Positions 60,862 through 64,000 of a stretch of 64,000 nucleotides of DNA are shown in pieces. Numbering within the stretch: position 1 is the first letter of the stretch; each line of letters begins with the position of its first letter. The notes below the pieces were generated by a model. The model was not told where the DNA came from. It saw nothing but the letters and a program-made list of their open reading frames with translations, and ran no database searches. The DNA is from an uncultured virus (IMG/VR IMGVR_UViG_3300030101_003361). Taxonomy: Duplodnaviria; Heunggongvirae; Uroviricota; Caudoviricetes. The translations under genes and the position numbers were made by a program. Location of the stretch: the IMG/VR virus record IMGVR_UViG_3300030101_003361, positions 1 to 64,000 of that record. The stretch is one strand, 5' to 3'.

Positions 60862-61098
60862 TTAATCAACGTACTCTTCATCTATTTCATCTTTTAACCA
60901 TTCTTTTTTAGAATCTAATTCCATAATTTTGATTGTCATATAGTCAATTACATTTTGAACTGAAAACTTTTTAGATTTCATAAGTTTAGGATATACTTTT
61001 TCAATAGCATATTCAACTGAGAATGTATCTATATGTTGTTCAACATTATTTTTTAAATCTATTATATCTGCATAATTTTTTAAGTCTATTTTATTCAT
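60862..61098 (-). CDS. hypothetical protein
   Basis: 78-aa ORF downstream of motif copy 2. Confidence 0.6.
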   Translation of the reverse strand: MNKIDLKNYADIIDLKNNVEQHIDTFSVEYAIEKVYPKLMKSKKFSVQNVIDYMTIKIMELDSKKEWLKDEIDEEYVD

Positions 61099-61115
61099 AT
61101 TTATTTAATTTTATT

Positions 61116-61149
61116 ATATTATCGTTTTAATTTTAATTTGTAACGTATT
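61116..61149 (-). promoter_or_regulatory. bipartite motif copy 2 (N13 spacer)
   Basis: ATATTATC-13 nt-TTTGTAACGTATT on +. Confidence 0.6.
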
Positions 61150-61247
61150 ATGTATAGCAAATTATATTATATATAATTTTAGTACACAATAAATATATGT
61201 TATAATGTATATAACAAAAAACATATTACCTATTATTCTATCATCTA

Positions 61248-61442
61248 TCATTTTCTTCTCCAAGATTTATGTACTAAATTACTTAATTCTTGCGATACGA
61301 TTTGAATACTATTTCCAGTTTTATGTTCTATTATAGGTACATAACTAACTTGCTGAACGTCAGAGCATTGCACACATTTATTATAACCTAACTCTATTCT
61401 AACTGGGTGTAGTACTGAACCACATCTACAAAATTTATTCAT
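61248..61442 (-). CDS. C4 zinc-finger protein, TraR/DksA-like
   Basis: CRCG..L...R...G...CVQC. Confidence 0.6.
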   Translation of the reverse strand: MNKFCRCGSVLHPVRIELGYNKCVQCSDVQQVSYVPIIEHKTGNSIQIVSQELSNLVHKSWRRK

Positions 61443-61637
61443 ATTATTTTAAATTTAATTTAAAGTAAATATTTTTTATGACCGGACCATAATTTTTATA
61501 GTCATCACTATTAAGTGCATTTTGCAATATATCGGTCAATAATTCTTTTTCTACTTTATTAAACATTTTTTAATTTATTTATTTCATTTATATCTTCAAC
61601 TTCTAATTCGTTGAACATATCTATTATTTCTTTACTA

Positions 61638-61672
61638 ATATTATCGTTGCTAATATAAGTTTGTAACGTATT
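61638..61672 (-). promoter_or_regulatory. bipartite motif copy 3 (N14 spacer)
   Basis: ATATTATC-14 nt-TTTGTAACGTATT on +. Confidence 0.6.
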
Positions 61673-61774
61673 TTTCATAATTATTTTATTTTTTTTAAAA
61701 CACCACAAACCATACATACATAATGGTTTTCAGATGTTTTTATTAAAACATATTTATTGTTGCATTTATCACAA

Positions 61775-62038
61775 CTATCCACAAATTTCTCTTGTTCCAT
61801 CATTATTTATATCATATCTATCAACTTTCTTCCAACCATAATCAAGTATTTCATTACTAATATCATAAGTTATGACTTTACCATTTGTTTCCATCCACTG
61901 ACAATTTGACGTATCATGGCCTTTATCTTCTAAAAATTGTTCAGCATCCTCACTATTTTTAAACCATTCCACTAATTCATATTGCCAAACATTTCCATGA
62001 TAAGTTTCAAGAACTGTTATATATTTTTTATCTTTCAT
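61775..62038 (-). CDS. hypothetical protein
   Basis: 87-aa ORF, TAATG-coupled. Confidence 0.6.
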   Translation of the reverse strand: MKDKKYITVLETYHGNVWQYELVEWFKNSEDAEQFLEDKGHDTSNCQWMETNGKVITYDISNEILDYGWKKVDRYDINNDGTREICG

Positions 62039-62454
62039 TATTTAAAATTTTTATTAAAGTTATCTTTATTATATGCATCTATAAACAAATCTGAATCAAA
62101 TTTTAATTTAGGTACTTGTTTTAAATGTCTTTTATTATATATTAATTTACCTTGATAATTATCAATAAGAATTGCAATGCAATCTTGTTGTAGTATATCA
62201 CATAAATCTTTTACTTTATCTTTTATTTCTTTTACAGAAGCGATTATTGAAGTTAAACCTACAAAAGTTGGTTCATCATTTCCTAAATACTTACCATTAT
62301 CTACAAAGTAAGCATCGTCATATATTTTAAAACCAGCTTGTCTTAATAAAGTTGCAACACCATTTTCAGTATACATATGACCGTTAAGACCGATGTTAAA
62401 CTCAACTTGAGTAATTTTTACACCACTTCCAATACAATTTTCTATTTTATTCAT
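62038..62454 (-). CDS. hypothetical protein
   Basis: 138 aa, EPT.V...L.QDCIA motif. Confidence 0.6.
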   Translation of the reverse strand: MNKIENCIGSGVKITQVEFNIGLNGHMYTENGVATLLRQAGFKIYDDAYFVDNGKYLGNDEPTFVGLTSIIASVKEIKDKVKDLCDILQQDCIAILIDNYQGKLIYNKRHLKQVPKLKFDSDLFIDAYNKDNFNKNFK

Positions 62455-62628
62455 TTTACTTTATTGTTTAACCATTTATCTAATTCATAACTTTCAATAT
62501 AATCAACTATATCGTCAGTTATATCTATATCATATTTATTAATTAATACTTGACACATTTCGATTGTATTCAAATATTCGTAGTTTTCAACTACATAATT
62601 TACTATATTTTCTATACTATCATTCATA

Positions 62629-62781
62629 TCAACTATTTATAATTAATGTATCTAACACATGAAAACCACCTTTAATTAAACCTTCATACATTACAATTAC
62701 CCATAAAGGTATAAAGATTGCACTTCCAACTATTGTTATTATATTTTCTAATTTTAATGTTTTATTTATTACTTTATTCAT
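62629..62781 (-). CDS. small membrane protein
   Basis: MNKVINK start, one TM. Confidence 0.5.
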   Translation of the reverse strand: MNKVINKTLKLENIITIVGSAIFIPLWVIVMYEGLIKGGFHVLDTLIINS

Positions 62782-62895
62782 TTTATTTAATTTATTTATT
62801 ATTATGTACCTGAATATGTCCAAGGATTATTTGAACAATACTCATCTATTTCTTTTTCTTCTTTATATATTTCATCTAGATTTTCAATTGTTTCA

Positions 62896-63081
62896 TTAAT
62901 TCTTTCNNNNNNNNNNTTCACCCATTGAAGTTTTAATGTAACAAACTTTTGTACCATCAAACTCATTTTCTAATTCCCATACGAATTTACCATTTAGATA
63001 TTTTTTATATCCATTAGGAAAATAACCTGACATAAAGTCATTTATTACTAATCTACTAAAATCATTTCTTTTTACTATCAT
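62896..63081 (-). CDS. hypothetical protein; 3' end uncertain because of an N gap
   Basis: ORF crosses the assembly gap at 62907-62916. Confidence 0.4.
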   Translation of the reverse strand: MIVKRNDFSRLVINDFMSGYFPNGYKKYLNGKFVWELENEFDGTKVCYIKTSMGEXXXXKN

Positions 63082-63257
63082 AATGTATTTTTTACTTTTA
63101 TTAATTCTTTATTAACTTTTTCTATTCTATCATAATCTTCCGCATCTCTTACTTGTTCTAATAAAGTTTCAAGTGCAAGTATTATCATACTTTTATTTAA
63201 TTTTCTTACTTGGACATATTTTTTAAATATTCCATCACAATTTAATATATTACTCAT
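63078..63257 (-). CDS. hypothetical protein
   Basis: Start moved to MSNILNC, downstream of the tRNA-like element. Confidence 0.5.
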   Translation of the reverse strand: MSNILNCDGIFKKYVQVRKLNKSMIILALETLLEQVRDAEDYDRIEKVNKELIKVKNTL

Positions 63258-63271
63258 AATTTTTAATTTAG

Positions 63272-63312
63272 AGAGATAGGTGAGAATCGAACTCACATTA
63301 ACCATTTATCTC
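63272..63312 (-). ncRNA. tRNA-like mini element (acceptor stem plus T arm only)
   Basis: GAGATA-AATGGTTAAT-GTGAG-TTCGATT-CTCAC-C-TATCTC-T. Confidence 0.55.
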
Positions 63313-63374
63313 AAACTTGTTCAACAGTTTTTATAGTGGTATCAGAAAAGAAAGTTATAAACCTCCACTTTTTA

Positions 63375-63575
63375 TTAAAATTTTATTTTATCTAATTCTT
63401 TATCAATTCTTTCTAATTCATTTGAAAAGTATTTTTGAATCGATTTCGGTTGATGTTGTGTATAGCAATTTTTAAAATTATTTAAACTATATTTAATTTT
63501 TTCAATTGCTAACAAATTAATTATTTTTTGTTTCAACTTTTTATCTTTTATATTATTATCGAATGTTGTTTTCAT
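63375..63575 (-). CDS. hypothetical protein
   Basis: 66-aa ORF; start overlaps motif copy 4. Confidence 0.4.
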   Translation of the reverse strand: MKTTFDNNIKDKKLKQKIINLLAIEKIKYSLNNFKNCYTQHQPKSIQKYFSNELERIDKELDKIKF

Positions 63576-63587
63576 TTGTAACGTATT
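63553..63587 (-). promoter_or_regulatory. bipartite motif copy 4 (N14 spacer)
   Basis: TTATTATC-14 nt-TTTGTAACGTATT on +. Confidence 0.55.
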
Positions 63588-64000
63588 TTTATATGATTAT
63601 TATTTTTTGACCAATAATTTGACCACATGTCATCAATTTCCATTGGGTCTTGATTTTGAAAGAATTTAAAATCTTTATCATCACTTTCTTCATATAAGAA
63701 TTTAATTTTATCTATATAATCAGATATTTCGTCATGTGACAAATCGTCATGATTTTGAATCCAATCGTTATATACTTCGTCTCTATCNNNNNNNNNNTTT
63801 TGTCATTACTTTTATTTTTTAATCGGTTATAAAATGTATTAAATCTTTTTTTATCTATTCTAGTGAATTTCATTTATTTTCATTTATTTTAAATTTTACA
63901 TAATTTGTTAGATTTTTAACTAAATATTTAAAATCATCTTCATTATTGAAATGAGATGAAAATTCATCTAAGTTAAAATCATCTAATAAACTTTCTATAT

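Noticed and set aside
415..63575. Genome-wide stop-codon reassignment as in some crAss-like phages
   Set aside because: All large genes are intact under code 11, TAG and TGA both end genes at sensible positions, and no suppressor tRNA was seen.
62907..63797. N runs at 62907-62916 and 63788-63797
   Set aside because: Scaffolding gaps, not biology; ORFs crossing them are unreliable.
1..64000. Prophage or host chromosome context suggested by groEL, nrdAB, thyA and tRNAs
   Set aside because: These genes are embedded in phage operons with overlapping start/stop coupling; no integrase or host housekeeping synteny.

Overview
AT-rich, densely coded, near-complete lytic dsDNA podovirus-type phage sequence with crAss-like/flavobacterial-phage organisation. 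The host is probably Bacteroidota (inferred from the lack of Shine-Dalgarno sites, A-rich start contexts and a BACON-like domain). There are two convergent blocks meeting at a hairpin at ~46.9 kb. The + strand (0.4-46.9 kb) carries a cluster of tiny Lys/Arg-rich proteins, groEL-groES, tail fibre/receptor-binding genes, holins and an M15 endolysin, a tandem GroES-like protein, terminase, portal, scaffold, capsid, tail ring and stabilisation proteins, and three ejection-type proteins including a 2526-aa one. The - strand (46.9-64 kb) carries nrdAB, an endonuclease, MazG-like proteins, thyA, primase-helicase, SSB, exonuclease, ERF, a sigma-70-like factor, DNA ligase, two tRNAs and small early genes. 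No DNA polymerase, integrase, RT or CRISPR was recognised. Most notable observations: a 236-codon lipoprotein-like ORF overprinted in the +1 frame of terL, a polybasic micro-protein cluster, a 41-nt acceptor+T-arm tRNA-like element, a four-copy bipartite promoter-like motif near a phage sigma factor, two different co-chaperonins, a split tail-stabilisation gene, and cupredoxin-like motifs in virion proteins. All product calls come from motif recognition by eye; no database search was run.
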